The notes beneath the pieces are model-generated. The model did no database searches, was not told the DNA's origin, and worked only from the letters and a program-made list of their open reading frames with translations. A program made the translations under genes and the position numbers. A DNA stretch of 64,000 bases from Felis catus. Its lineage: Eukaryota. Below are positions 1 through 14,033 of the stretch, in pieces (position 1 is the stretch's first letter; each line of letters begins with the position of its first letter). Location: the NCBI RefSeq assembly GCF_018350175.1, contig NC_058368.1, positions 190,528,001-190,592,000 on the forward strand, given 5' to 3'.

Positions 1-1380
1 TAAATACTTCAGTGATATTTCTGAAAACTATATTCTCTTACACAACCATAATATAATTCTCAACATCAGTGAATTTAACATTGATACCATACTCTAAAAT
101 TCATATTCCAATTTTGTCAGTTGACTCAATATCTTTTATAGCGATTTTATCTACCAATACAGAATGTGGTCTAGGGTCAGATATTACATTTAGGTGTCCT
201 GTCTCCTTAACTTTAAACATTTTTTAAAACATTTCCATAGCTTTCCTTTGCCTTCTAAAACATAAGCAATTTTGAAAATGTTTTTTGTCGCCGTTTTTTC
301 TTAAAACTTTTTATTTTGAAATAATATTACATTTACAGAGCAGTTGTGAAGTTAGTACAGAGTTCCCATGTATACTTGACCAAACTTCCCCTAGTGTTAG
401 TATCTTCTATAACTATGGTACATTTGTCAAAACTGAAAAATTAACATTGATATGATACTATTAACTACAGACTTTAATCAGACGCACTAGTTTTTCCACT
501 GATGTCTTTTTTCTGTTTCAAAATCCAATGCAGGATACCACATTGCATTTCAGTTCTTCTCCCTGACACCTGACCCCTCTTCCCCTCGACCCTCTACCCA
601 CATTCTTAAGAGAATGTTTCTCAGTTTGGGTTTGCCTGATGGTTCCCTGTGATTGCATTTGGGGTGCACATTCTTGGCCAGAACACTGAGTAAGTGGTAT
701 ATATTTCTGAGGGTATGAAATCTGGCAGCATCTGATACTCATCTGTCCTTCTTTGGTAATGTTAATTTTGATCACCCAATTAAGATGCTGTCTGATTTCT
801 CCACTCTACCATTAGGTATGTTTTTCCTTTGCAACTAATAATGACCATGTAAATATCTTGTTCCTCATCAGAATTTCCCTACGGATTTAACATTTATTGA
901 TACTTCCTGCCTGATCCAATCTTTATTAGGACAGTTGTAAAATGCTAATTTTCTATCTTCAGCTTGCTGTCCATATTCACCAGTCTTCCCTTAGCATTTT
1001 ACTATAATAATTCTACTTTATTTACCTGTCTACTTATTATAGGCATGAACTCATGAATCCTTATATTTTCTCTTGGTGGTTTATAATTCATTACTGCCTA
1101 AATTGTTTTGGTGTCTAAAGCTGGTTCCCGTGTCCTTGTAATGCCCTTGTCGCTTTTTGAATACCTCCTAACTTTTTGGAATATTCCAGGAAATGCCAGG
1201 CTCATCTTGTCCCAAACTGGCCTAAACTTTGGAATCATGCAGGTGGTCATTTCTCTTAGGAACCCATGTTTCTTTCAATGGAGAATGGTGTTAGAAACCA
1301 AAATCTGAGTGTTAGGTATGCCTGTTGCTAGTGAGAAGTCTTTACTTTTTGATCATTTCAACAGACAGGGCAGACCTTTG
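1..1380 (-). mobile_element. Ancient L1 (L1MC/L1MD-like) 3' region fragments, with a second L1M 3' end nested at about 305-560
   Basis: Motifs typical of antisense old L1 3' UTRs: 'taaatacttcagtg', 'ttaacattgatac', 'tttattttgaaataat...tttacagagcagttg', 'caggataccacattgcatt'. Subfamily recalled, boundaries approximate. Confidence 0.6.
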
Positions 1381-2775
1381 ATTTTGTTTTTTGTAATAGA
1401 AACAGTGATGAATTTTACTCCTGACTTTAAAGCAGGTGTCTTATCCTTTCACTACTACGTGTAATATTTATTAGAAGTTTTTGATGCATGTCTTTTACCA
1501 GATTAAGGAATTTTTATTCTGATTTTGCTGATTGGCTTTATAAATATTGATATGTATATATTTTTTCTGTATATTAAATAATTCCTGCATTCATGTAGAC
1601 ATGGTTGATTATGTGATAAAATCAACTTGTTAATACTTTGTTTAGGAATTTTGCTCTTTTTTTTTTTAATCCTGCAAGTCTCTATTTTGGGAATTTTCAT
1701 TTCTGTCTTTCTGGGCTGCATTCTGAGTAATTTCTTTATATCTACCTTCCAACCAACAAATTTTCTCATTAGGGATGTTTAATCTCTATTTGTCCGACCC
1801 ATTGATAATAATATATAATAAATATATACTATTTACATAATAAATATGTATTATATATTTTTATTTCTAAGAGTTATTTGGTTCATTTTGAAAATTACCA
1901 GTTTTGGTAGTCTTCTGTTTCCATTTCTTATTTTTTAAATAATTTATAAACTGGAATTTTAAATTATCCATCTGATTCTAATATCTCAAGTCCTTGGGGA
2001 AAGAAGAGTCTAAATCTGTTGGTTCTTTTTGTGCTGACTCTCCCTAATGGTGGTTCATTTCCTTGTGTCTGGTAATCTTTGGTTAAAAGAGCATATGAGG
2101 CTGATTTTCAATTAAAGATAATTGCATCCAGAAATGACTTGGCAATTGTTTCCCTAATGCTACAAAATGGAGCACTACCACTATGGGGACCCCTTGAGTT
2201 CATGTCAGACTCCTTAGCTTATTTTATGAAATTCAGAATATCTTCCACCCCAAATTACTATTACCATAAGGTCTGGTCTTACAATTGAAATGCTGTGTAA
2301 AACACCTCACCCTTACTGTAACCATACTGTTCCTATGTGCTTCCTGCTCATGGTTCTAGTTCCAGCTCAGTTTTTTTAAGGTGGAGTGCACATGTGTGTT
2401 GCATTCTCTTTGTGAATTACTCTTATTTCTGTGAGTCCAGCAGTGGAATTAAACATAGGCTTTATGTTCAATCTAGTTGTTTTGAGGGGCTGTTTGAGCT
2501 TATCCATAACACTGCTGGAAACTGAAGATTGTAATTCTGGATTCTATTTTGCTGAATTAAAAAAAAATTCCTCTACATCTAAGTCTGCCACATACAGTGA
2601 TGAAAGAAGGAGTATCAGGATAAATTTAATAATTGTTCCTATTTATACTGGAAAAGACTAGGAGTTAAATAGCAATTGCTGGTTGGAAGCAATTCCAAAT
2701 TCCCCTGGCCTCACATTAGCTTGTTGGTAGATATTCCTTCTTAAGGTTTCCATTCTGCTCCCTGGGAATATTTCT

Positions 2776-2990
2776 TTTTATTTTTTTTTAATAAATTTTT
2801 TAAATTTATTTATTTTTGAGAGAGAGAGAGAAAAAGTGGAGGAGGGGCAGAGAGAAAGAGGGACAGAGGATCTGAAGTGGGCTCTGCATGGACAGCAGAA
2901 AGCCAAATGTGGGGCTTGAACCCACAAACCATGAGATCATGGCCTGAGATGAAGGCAGCCGCTTAACTGACTGAGCCACTCAGGCGCCAC
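2776..2990 (-). mobile_element. CanSINE (SINEC family)
   Basis: Poly-T tail, (GA)n, antisense head 'ctgagccactcaggcgcc'; TSD tccctgggaatatttct (2759-2775) / tccctgggagtatttct (2992-3008). Confidence 0.95.
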
Positions 2991-3349
2991 ATCCCTGGGA
3001 GTATTTCTATTGTAAATTATCCTTCCTGGCTTCTGGCACTGCTCTTTGGTATTCTTCTGTTTCCCTTATTCTCCTCGACCAGTAGTGTTGTGGGCATAGG
3101 TGATATATACCTTACGTGGACGCTGGCTCAGCTTTCTTGACCAGTGACATTGAGGACCTGCATATGGTTTTCAGTTTTAAGTAGCCAGTTACTTTTATTT
3201 AGTCCAGGATCTTGACAATGCAATGCTCTTGAAGACTAAGTAGTCTTAGCTACTGGATTCCACTCAGTTCTATGTGCCAGTAGCCACTCTTGACTTTTTA
3301 ATAACCTCTATAAGATTGCTATTATCTAGCATTCAGGCAAAGAGACTTT

Positions 3350-3578
3350 AGAGGCTGGGCTCTAGAGGCAGACTGATTTAGACCAGTATCTTTTTTCTGT
3401 GACTTATTAGCTCTGTTATCCTGAAGACATTACTTAACTTTTTGATGCTTCAATTTCTTCATCTGTAAAATGGGCTTGTATAAGAATTTCTTTTGTGGCT
3501 TATAATGAGGATTTGGTGAGAAAATTCACATAGAACAACTGGTACAGGGTGAGCACTGAGTAATTGACAGCTATCATC
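3350..3578 (+). mobile_element. MIR
   Basis: MIR core 'ttacttaactttttgatgcttcaatttcttcatctgtaaaatggg'. Confidence 0.8.
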
Positions 3579-3925
3579 GTTAGTAAGGGTTTCGATTATC
3601 ATAGCCGATGAATTCTTTAATTCTTTAAACACACCTACAAGCCCTGTTCACACTCTATCCCTGGCCTGTAGACCCTTGCCTGTCAAGATTCTGTTTATTT
3701 TTTCAAGGCTTAGAAGAGTCACCATGTCTGCTCTTAAACTTTCCTTCTTCTCTGTTTGCTGTTTGTTTTCCCCTCTGTGTTTCCACAGCTGTTGTGTATA
3801 CTTGCGTTCATCACTTATTTAACTTAACCTTTAATTAGGGTGAGTCATGTTTCTGTGTGTTTTACCCGCAAGAGGACTGACCGGTCCTTATTTGTCATTA
3901 TTTTCTTTCCTACCTCAATTGGTAC

Positions 3926-3976
3926 TAGTAGATCCTCTCCTAATAGTAGATCCTCTCCTTGTAGTAGATCCTCTCC
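3926..3976. repeat. 18-bp tandem repeat, about 2.8 copies (TAGTAGATCCTCTCC core)
   Basis: Core repeated at 3926, 3944 and 3962. Confidence 0.95.
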
Positions 3977-4049
3977 AATCCTACTTGCATTGGATTGAAC
4001 ACATATAGGAGATTTCACCAAAGGACAGGTGGTGTATCCCTTGGGATTG

Positions 4050-4250
4050 TGTTTGTCTGTTTCAGAGACCTGTCCAAACTGCTTAAATGGATGAGGTTTT
4101 ATTTTTCTCACATAAAAAGTCATGAGAGGTGCCCGGGTGGCTCAGTCGGTTGAGCGTCTTACTCTTGATTTCAGTTCAGGTCATCATCCCAGGGTCATGG
4201 GATCAAGCCCCATGTCGGTCTCTGTGTTGAATGTGAAGCTTGTTTGGGAT

Positions 4251-4297
<47 letters not shown>

Positions 4298-4765
4298 ACC
4301 CCCCCGCCCCTCTACCCAGGCTGCATGCTCTATCTAAAAAAATAAAACTTAAAAAAAAGGAAGTAGTCATGAGGTGAGGCTGGCACAGTTGTTCAAGGGT
4401 GTCTTTAGGAACACAGGCTTCTTCTCTGTTTCTGTCCTGGCATCTTCAGTGTGTGGCTCCCAACCACAGGGTTACAAGACAGTGGGTCCATCTCTGGGCA
4501 TCACATCTGCTTTCTAGCCAAGAAAGAAAGAGTGCAAAGGACAAAGGATGAAAGTCCCCACCATTCCATCACTTTTGAGGAAGTGCTTAGGAAGCTCCAC
4601 CAGTGCCTTCCACTTGTTTCACTGGCCAACACGGGGTCACATGACTACCTGTTGCTGCAATGAAGGATGAGCAATAGAGTATTAAACTGGATGTACTGTT
4701 ATGCCAAACAAAATCAGGATTATGTCAGTAAAGGAAATGGGAGATGGATATTGGGCAGGCATCAA
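4050..4765 (-). mobile_element. MaLR solo LTR (MLT1J/K-like), interrupted by a SINE
   Basis: 'tttatttttctcacataaaaagtc', 'cactggccaacacggggtcacatgactacc', 'aacaaaatcaggattatgtcagtaaaggaa...atggatattgggcaggca' resemble old MLT1 LTR consensus. Confidence 0.7.
4126..4360 (+). mobile_element. CanSINE
   Basis: Head 'gaggtgcccgggtggctcagtcggttgagc', (CT)n, A-rich tail; flanking repeat agtcatgag at 4118 and 4365. Confidence 0.95.
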
Positions 4766-5959
4766 GTGGAGGCATATGGTTCATATTGTTTTGTTGTTCT
4801 TGAAAACAATGGAGACTGACTCTGGGCAACCTGAGAAAAAGGACACTGACCTTGCTCAGAGAATGGAAGGAATACGGTTGAAGCCTGAAGAAGGCAGACG
4901 CCAGGGGAGCTCTGGAAACTTCAGCAGCAAGGAATCATGAACTTGCTCTCCAGGGTGCTGCCATTTAACTGACTCAGTAATGAAACAGGCTCCTGGTGAC
5001 TTTGTTCTAAACTTCAGATACTTGGGATAGAGCATTTGATTGGATCAGCTAAGGATTCTGGTGTCCCTGGCTCCCTGTGCATCATGTGGGTGATAGGATC
5101 ATGGGGCATAGGGACAGCATTTGGGTTCTGGCCTACCCCTGTGCATTAGAATTTGTTCCCAAAGGAAAGGCAATTCTTGAGAGTGAGGCAGCTATTATGA
5201 TTGGTCTTGGCATAGAAAACAATAACACAAGGACTGGGATGCAGTTTTGCAGATTCTAAGACTGCAGATTTCAGAACTCATCTGGGACTTTTCATTGCTT
5301 CCCAATGAGTAGGCAGCATGTTGAAAGGATGTTTATATATCTGGCTGTAGATACGTAGGTTTATTTGACACTCAGTGCTGTCAAACAAACTGGGGATTTA
5401 TTTAATGTTTAAACTGGGTGGAATTTGGTGGAAGCCAGTAAGGAAAACACCAGGTCTCCTGGATGGCCAGAAGGTAAGAATTCTAGCCAAGTGGGCTTTG
5501 TACCCAAAACTCACGTAAGTGACAAATTGTTCTCAATGTTGATGAATTCTGGTGTCTTTTTGGATTATCCATGGGAAGGGGAGACAGAGCTAAATATTCT
5601 CCTACCGTATCAGCCTTTTCCCTTGAAGGACTTAAAGATGAATATGCCTTTCTTGTGTAAAATTCCATTATTTTCCTCCATTATGGGTCTGTTTATTTTT
5701 ACACCTGGTTGTTTGGGAAGCAGAAAGTAGGAAATATCTTGCCATTTGTTTTCTTGCTACTTTTGTCCTTTAAGCATCATCAAATGGTGTATAGCATCAT
5801 GATGAACAGCATGAGCTTTGGAGTCTGACAGATCTGGGTTTGAGTTCTTGCGTTGGTATTCACTAGCAGTATGATCATGGGCTAATAAAGCCAATGAACT
5901 CTGGCCACACTGGGTATGATAGATATTTTCCAGGGTGAGTCCTTACTAGTACATTTTTC

Positions 5960-7150
5960 TTATATGTGCGGGTATGTACATATAATATCTATAATACCTT
6001 TGTCCTGCTTTTATTACTTACCATTATATCTTGAAAGTCCTTTCTTATCAGCCCAAGTAAGTTGGCCTCAATCTTTTTAATGGTGGCACAGTATTACAAA
6101 ACATGATTGTGCTGTCCTTTATTTAGCCCATTCCTCGTCAGTGGATGTTTAGATTGTTTCCAAATTTTTACTGTTACAAATTGTACTGCACCCTCAGATA
6201 TTTCTTTTTACATGCATATGGGAACATATTTATTAGGATACATTTCTTGAAGTATAATGGCTAAAGGGCATGTGTATTTTAAATCATCAGGGGTGTAGAC
6301 AAATTGTCCACTAAAAAGGTCGTACCAGTTTCCACTTCTACCAAATCACATAGGAGGGGCTATTTCTTACACCCTCACCAACACTTTTGCTTTCAAACAT
6401 TTTGGTACTTAATATGATATATGATACAAAGTTATTTAATGGTTTTAAATTTAATTTCATTTTGAATGTGCATTCACAAATACTTTTTTTTTTTTGAGGG
6501 GAGGGAGAGAGAGAGAGAATGTGAGCGGGGGAGGAGCAGAGAGAGAGAGGGGGACAGAGGATCTGAAGAGGGCTCTGCACTGCCAGCAGAGTGTCTGATG
6601 CGGGACTCCCACTAACGAACCGAACTGTGAGATCATGACCTGAGTGAAGGCAGATGCTTAACAGACAGGGCCACCCAGGCGCCCCTGCACATTTGTTTAA
6701 AAGCCATTTACATTTTTCTTCCTGCCACGTGTCTATCCACATTTTGTACTTTGGGGGGAGTAAGAGATAATTTGTATCTTTACTATTGATTTGTCAGAAC
6801 TTTTTATGGATGGAGGCATTTACCGATTGCATCATGTTGCATTTTCCCACCATATTTGTCTTCTTGCTGTTTTATGACTTTGAAATTTTAATGTAGTAAT
6901 AGTTATTAATCTTGTGTTTTGAGGCTTTTGGTTTACATACCTTGCTTTAGCTTTCTCCACTCCAATATTATTATTTTTTGAATTGCAGTGTTCTTTTTGT
7001 GACTTTTACAATTTTATTTTCTTACCTTTTGATACACTGGGATCTGATTTGATGTAAGTAGTGAGACATCTGTATTTTTTCTCTCATGTTCTGACCAGTT
7101 GTCCCATCACCATTAATTGAACAATCTACATTGTCCCATTGATTATAAAG
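5960..7150 (-). mobile_element. Ancient L1 (L1ME-like) 3' region
   Basis: 'tcagtggatgtttagattgtttccaaattttt', 'gtaccagtttccacttctaccaa', 'ccagttgtcccatcaccattaattgaa' are degenerate antisense L1 motifs. Confidence 0.65.
6484..6685 (-). mobile_element. CanSINE inside old L1
   Basis: Poly-T, (GA)n, 'gagatcatgacctgag', 'ccacccaggcgcccc'. Confidence 0.95.
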
Positions 7151-7699
7151 GCTACCTTTCATCTTGTAAGGAATTCTCTATGTATGTGAGGAGAGAGAGG
7201 GGCATTGGTGGACCTTGGACTTTCATTTCTGTTCCATTGATCTCTTTTCTGGCAAAAGCCACAGTTCGAAAGTTGCATGTACTGGCTAATCTTGATCCCA
7301 AGTTTACACCTTAATTTTGTTGATGGTACAAATCTTATAAGAGACATCAAGCCTGCTTTATTATTATCTTGCCACCATCTGGTTGTTTTGTATAAAATCA
7401 GTAAGTAATGTGCTTATGTGACAGATTTAACATTTGACCTGGCAGATGACACAGAGGGGGTAAAATGGGAAAAAAGAATCATTTTACTTCCAAGTAACTA
7501 TTAACTATTGTCTGCTAATAAATTACCTTAGAACTTTGATAAAAGGTAATGGGGCACATAGACAGTGAAGGGATTTATGAAGCTCAGTGAAGTGTTAAGG
7601 ACTCAAAACAGTTCATCATTCACAGTGTGCCTTACTCTTACAGATCAAGGCCTGTCTTCACTCTCTGTGACATTGTCTTCTCTTCGTGGAGACTACTTT

Positions 7700-7992
7700 G
7701 TTGGCATTGTCAATCCTCAGGGCCTTTGCACTGCTTTACTGCTGCCTATGATGCTCTTTTCTGAGATAGCTGCTCCCTCATGTTCTTCAGGCTTCTGTCC
7801 AAATGTCCCCTATCATAGTGGTCTTTTCTGGCAAGTCTACCTAAAATGTACTCTTACTTTGTGTTATTCTTCATCAAAGAACACATTGCTCCCTGACATA
7901 TATTTATTCTGACCTCCCTATGAGCTCCACGAGCTTAGCCCATAAAATATGGCCTGACACCCAAACACTTAAATATTTGCTGAATGAATAAA
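7700..7992 (+). mobile_element. L2 3' end
   Basis: 'cctcagggcctttgcactgc' and terminal 'aaatatttgctgaatgaataaa'. Confidence 0.75.
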
Positions 7993-8101
7993 CTCATTGC
8001 CATCTCATTATCTTAACTGCTTATTACCAGTGTACAATGTAGAAGCTCCTGAAATGGAAGGAGGTTTGAAATTTTTTCATTTTAAACCAAAGTACTGAAT
8101 C

Positions 8102-8160
8102 TATCTACCTACCTACCTACCTACCTACCTACCTACCTACCTACCTATCTCTCTATCTAT
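8102..8160. repeat. (ACCT)n / (ATCT)n tetranucleotide microsatellite
   Basis: Directly visible run of ctac units flanked by ctat units. Confidence 0.95.
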
Positions 8161-10854
8161 CATCAATCTGTCATCAATCTATTTTTTTTGCTTTCCTCTG
8201 TCTCAGGAAAGTGTGAACCAGACCTTGAGTCCCAAGAACGTTAACTTTGCTTTCGTGGGTGTTCGTGTCTGCACAAGAGATGTTATTTGCAGAATGGAGG
8301 GAGTGTTGGACTAGAAAGCAGAGAAGGCATGATACTTACCAGGACCTGAAAAGTCATCAGGTGACAGCCAGCTCCCATTGTTTTCATGAATGTACGTCCA
8401 AAACAATGGATGCAGGAGCTGGCATGTTTTTCTTAATTCTTGAGGAACCTCATATCACAAGACCCTAAGTCTCCCCTTGTCTAAACCTAAAGCTACTTGT
8501 TATTCTTCCATCAGTACAATACAGAAACATGAGAAATAAAAATCAGGTTTCATAGGTAATATGTTGAGGTTGCTTTTTAATGACCCAGAATTTCTGCAAT
8601 CATAGAAACTTCTATCTAGGAAAGATTTGAGGTAAAAATTTACTTGCAAGCGGGGGTTAGGAGATTATCCTGAGGCTGTGTTGGCAGACCAAGATTGAAA
8701 ATTAATTTAGGAGTGATGACTGATAAAGATTTTATCATCTCCATGCCACTTTTTACTTCTGGACCTCCAGCTAGGAATGACGGATGAGGGGAGTCACAAA
8801 ATAAGAAGTCTCAAGGTTTGGGAACCACGGTCTATGGAGCCCTGTCCCTGGTGATTTCCAGTCAGGATGAAGTTTTCTGAATTCTCAGAGCTCTTGGATG
8901 GTATCTCCTCTGGACTCCTGAATTGCACTTTGCACATTCTTCTGTGATAATTGCGTTTGTTGTAGCTTTCTTGGCTGCAAGAGGAATTATTCACACTGGT
9001 TTAAGAAAATAAGAAATTTTGTGAAGAGCTTCAGGGTTGTCTCATGGATCTTAAGGGCAATGACCTGCAAGTGTGCTTTATAAGGTATCCGACACAAAAG
9101 TGCAAGGGTGTGAGTAGAAATCAGGTAGCTGTGCTCTTTAGGTCTCTGGGGGCTTCCCTGAGTCTCATCTTTACTCTTCTCTGCATAACCCCCATGCTTT
9201 CTCTTTCAGCAGGCCAGGTTTCTTTGCTTCTCAACTGTACATGGTGAAAAACAGCATCTCCATAGTTCCTGGGCTTGCATGTCTTTCCAGATCCAGCACT
9301 AACAAAAATGAGTAAGTGCTAATCTAATTCTGAACTCGTGGGAGAAAGAGTTTGATTAGACCATCTTGGGTATAGGTGCTCATCCTAATCCAGTTAGCCA
9401 CAGCTGGAGGTTGGGGTCAAATGGAGGAAGTACACACTTGGGATTATACCCCTGTGTGAAGCACCAACCCCCCCCCCCCGCCCCCAGAGAAGGGGACCTC
9501 CCAAAGCTGCCCCTTGCAACCAGCACTGCAAATGACTCTCTAACATATTTGAGTATCTGAACATTCACTCTCTCAGAAGGATCAGGAAGAAAATAACTTT
9601 TTTTTTATTATATCCCAGCACCTAGTGTTGATTTTAGTTTAAAAAATTAGATTCTTCTCAGCATCATAAAAGTTGATTGCACACAGGGACAGGATCAAGG
9701 GAGGTTAGTTTAATTTTTCTGTTTGAGTTGTAAAGGCCAGAGCAGACATACACGCTTATTCTGTGTTCCAACACATGTATCATTACATACAACAGTGAGC
9801 TCACTTCTGGCTGCTCTGGGTCATTACTTCCTCAGCTTATGTCATTTTATTTTCGACAGTATTGCCATTTCTTCACTTTCAGAAAGTGAAAGTCTCCGTA
9901 TCTCTACTACCAGCATATTTTTCTACTCCTCAGAGATATAGAAAGTAAGTGCCTGTCTATCTATCCAGAAATCTAACATATGTCCAATTGGATTTATCTG
10001 TGTAACTTATTTTTCTCCACATAACGGTATGGCTTGCTCATCTTTCTGTGTCAACATATACCTCTATCTCACTTTTCCCAACAGTTCACTATGAAACAGA
10101 TTTAAACATGAAGATTAAGAAATTTCGCCCACTACACAAATCCCATATTAGCCTTGTACTGTTGCTTGCATTATCACATACTCATTTCCCTATCCATTTT
10201 CTCTTTCCGTCTTATGTTTTTGATGCATTCAAAGTAGGTTGCAGATACTGGTGCATGTTCCCTTAAATACTTCCTATTCATATCCTTAAGGAGAGTTCAG
10301 GGTTTGCTATGTTTCCTCTTGGGAGATACATTTTATATACAATGAAATTAACGAATCTTAAGTGTAACATTTGCTGAGTTTCAATGAATACATCTTCCTG
10401 TGTGACTCAAAACCCTATGAGGAAATAGAAAATTATCACAACCTCAGAAAGGATGTACTCTTTGGTATAAGGCTTCTTTCAGTTCATATGATGTTTTTGA
10501 GATTCATCCATGTTGTTGAGGATAGCAAGTATATGTTCCTTTATTACTACTGAATAGTATTACACTGTATGAATATACTATAGTCTGTTTATCCAGTTTT
10601 CTATTCATAGACACCCAGGCCGTTAGCAGTTTTTGGCAATTATGAGAAATCTGCTACAAACACACATGTATAACTCTTTTTGTAGGCCTATTTAATTCCT
10701 CTAATGAAAATTCATAAAACTAGAAGTGCTTAGTCACAGGGTAGGCAGCTTTTTAAGAAGACATACCCATTGCCTTATATAGATAAACTGTAATCATTTC
10801 CTGTTGATGGACATTTAGATTTTTTTTTGCAATTATAAGTTTGTTATAGCAAGC

Positions 10855-10857
<3 letters not shown>

Positions 10858-10950
<93 letters not shown>
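10858..10950. repeat. Compound (TA)n(TGTA)n(CA)n microsatellite
   Basis: Directly visible. Confidence 0.97.
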
Positions 10951-10951
<1 letters not shown>

Positions 10952-11059
10952 TTCTGCTTTCCTGAGAAAGTGAATCGACAGGTGAATTACAAGCACTGGA
11001 ATGATTGACTCAGGGTTGAACTTCGCTTTAAATTACTGTGCTGGGAAGTTGCTCCAAGG

Positions 11060-11205
11060 CCTTGCAACTCAAAACGTGGTCCTTGGATCAGCAGTGGCAT
11101 TACCTGGGAGCTTATTAGAAATGCAAACTTTTAAGCCCCACTCCACACGTAATGAATTAGAATTCTGCATTTTAACGAGATTCTCAGGTGATTCCTATGC
11201 ACTCT
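11060..11205. mobile_element. MER5A-like hAT-Charlie non-autonomous fossil
   Basis: 'ctcaaaacgtggtccttggatcagcagtggcattacctgggagcttattagaaatgcaaac...ctgcattttaacgagattctcaggtgattc' matches recalled MER5A. Confidence 0.85.
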
Positions 11206-11727
11206 CTAAGGCAATAAAATTGGAGGTAGGAGAGCTTTATTTTAACTCAAAACACTTAATTAGCTCGCTAGTAACTTTCCTTGGAAGGTATAGAATTTCA
11301 AATGGCTGAAGCTGGTTCCTACATAAAGGCAAAACAATTGACTCATGATCAAATTTTACGATCAGCCAAGAAGCATAAAACTGTAGATGCTCAGGATGGG
11401 ATAAGACCTTCAAATGGATTTATTTTAGTTATTTTCTGTGTTCCTCATGAAACCTTATTCCCAGAGTGTCCCATGCCAGGCTGAGGGCTGAATGGCAAGG
11501 CTCTGGAATTAGTCACAACACCTATCTTCATTACTATGGAGACATTTTAAAAAATTCTATTTATATACTGAGAATTCCAGCAATATTCATCTCAAAAAGG
11601 TAACCTTTTAGTTTGAAGAATTGAAAACCTACAGAAGAGTTGACCATCTTAGTTTATACAATGTCATTTTTAAATTACATAATTTGTATAGATCATGTAC
11701 ATTTATAATTTATTAGTATTTTGTCAC

Positions 11728-11772
<45 letters not shown>

Positions 11773-12279
11773 AGCCATATGGTTGTTTATGGATATGTTT
11801 GTGCTTTTGCTTATTGAACTACTTGAAAGTGAATGGCAGATAACATGCCATTTTCCCCTAAATACTTCAGTACAGGTCTCCTAAGAACTGTCATTTTCTT
11901 ATATAGCACTAATAGTACCATTACCTCAAAGAAATTTCACCTTGGTACTACATATTCCTATTTCTCTAATTGACCCAGTAATGTCTTGTGTCTTGTGTCC
12001 GTGTTTCTCCCTCTGGATCCAAATAAAATTCAAGATTATATTTACTTATTCACTATCTACTGTTGTGTAACATGTTACCACAAAACTTAGTGGCTTAGCC
12101 CAAACTTTATTATCTCACCATCTGTAAATTGGGAAATCTGGACGCGGCTTAGCTGAATCTTCTGCTTCAGGGTCTTGTACAGGCCACAGTCAAGATTTCA
12201 AATGAGTCACTAGTTATCTCAAGGCTCAAGTCTTTCAAGTGGTTGTTGGTAGGATTCAGCTCCTTGGCTAGAGGCTGCC

Positions 12280-12822
12280 TATGGTAGGCAGAATTCTAAA
12301 AGGAAAGGACCCCAGTGAGTCACACGTTGGTACAACTTCTCCCGTTTAATACACGTGGAATCTGTGACTTGCCTCTAGCCAATTAAATATGGCAAATGTG
12401 ATGGGATAGTCATGCTCTCCATTAGGTTTTGGTACATAAGACTATCTAAGTAGATGAGATCCAGAGATTCTTCTGGCAAGGAAGAAGTAAGCTGCATGTT
12501 GTCAAGGGCCTTCGAGAGGGCTACCTGGCAACGATTGCAAGGTCATCTACGGGCTAAGAGTGGGGACCTCTTTCTTACAGCTACAAGAAACTGAATTTTG
12601 CAAACACCCACCTAAACTTGGAAGAGGACCCTGAACCTCAGAAGGGAACACAGCCCAGCTAATCCCCAGGGGGATAGTCTTGTGAGACCCTGAGCAGAGG
12701 ACCTAACTAACCCATGTCTTCACTTCTGATACGCAGAAACTGTAAAATCATAAAATGTGTTCTTTTTTTAAAAGTCACTAAGTTTGCAATACTTTCTTAC
12801 CTACTGATAGAAGACTATTATA
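12280..12822 (+). mobile_element. MaLR solo LTR (MLT1E/F-like) nested in the opposite orientation
   Basis: Starts 'tatggtaggcagaattctaa', contains 'gtcttgtgagaccctgagcagaggacc', 'cagaaactgtaaaatcataaaatgtg', ends 'gatagaagactattata'. Confidence 0.8.
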
Positions 12823-12956
12823 CCATCCTAAGTTCCTTGCCACGTGGGCCTCTCCATCTGGGCAGACTATGATCATCGCATTCTGCTTCTTTATAGCAGG
12901 AAGCTAGAGGAGCCAGACTGCAGCAAGATGGAAGTCACCATTGCTTGCAGACTAAT

Positions 12957-14033
12957 ATTTTCTGTAAATATAATTTATTGTCAAGTTGGTTTCCATACAA
13001 CACCCAGTGCTCATCCCAACAAGTGCCCTCCTCAATGCCCATCACCCACTATCCTCTCTCCCCCACCCCCCATCTACCCTTAGTTTGTTCTCAGTCCTTA
13101 AAAGTCTCTTATGGTTTGCCTCCTTTCCTCTCTGTAACTTTCTTTTCCCCCTTGCCCTCCCCCATGGTCTTCTGTTATGTTTCTCAAGATCCACATATGA
13201 GTGAAAACATACGGTATCTGTCTTTCTCTGCCTGGCTTATTTCACTTAGCATAATACCCTCCAGTTCTATCCACATTGCTGCAAGTGGCCAGATTTCATT
13301 CTTTGTCATTGCCAAGTAGTATTCCATTGCATATATAAACCACATCTTCTTTATCCATTTGTCAGTTGACAGACATTTAGACTCTTTCCACAATTTGGCT
13401 ATTGTTGAAAGTGCTGCTATAAACATTGGGGTACAAGTGCCCCTATGCATCAGCACTCCTGTATCCCTTGGGTAAATTCCTAGCAGTGCTATCGCTAGGT
13501 CATAGGGTAGTTCTATTTATAATTTTTTGAGGAACCTCCAGACTGTTTTCCAGAGCAGCTGCACCAGTTTGCATTCCTACCAACAGTCCAAGAGGGTTCC
13601 CATTTCTCCACATCCTCATCAGCACCTATAGTCTCCTGACTTGTTCATTTTAGCCACTCTGACCAGTGTGAGGTGATATCTCATTGTAGTTTTGATTTGC
13701 ATTTCCTTGATGATGAGTGATATTGAGCATCTTTTCATGAGTCTGTTGGCCATCTGGGTGTCTTCTTTGGAAAAGTGTCTATTCATGTCTTCTGCCCATT
13801 TCTTCACTGGATTGTTTTTCGGGTGTGGAGTTTGGTGACTTCTTTATAGATTTTGGATACTAGCCCTTTATCCAATATGTCATTTGCAAATATCTTTTCC
13901 CATTCTGTCAACTGCCTTTTAGTTTTGTTGATTGTTTCCTTTGTAGTGCAGAAACTTCTTATCTTGATGTTCCAATAGTTCATTTTTGCTTTTAATTCCC
14001 TTGCCTTTGGAGATGTGTCGAGTAAGAAATTGC
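12957..14033 (-). mobile_element. Young carnivore/felid L1, 5'-truncated (3' UTR plus ORF2 C-terminus)
   Basis: ORF2 peptides MHRGTCTPMFIAALSTIAKLWKE and [14 protein letters not shown]; perfect 15-bp TSD tgcttgcagactaat (12942-12956 / 14034-14048). Confidence 0.95.

Noticed and set aside
8332..8343. ATACTTACC matches the U1 snRNA 5' end, or a minus-strand splice donor
   Set aside because: Similarity to U1 stops after 9 nt, and I found no convincing partner acceptor or reading frame.
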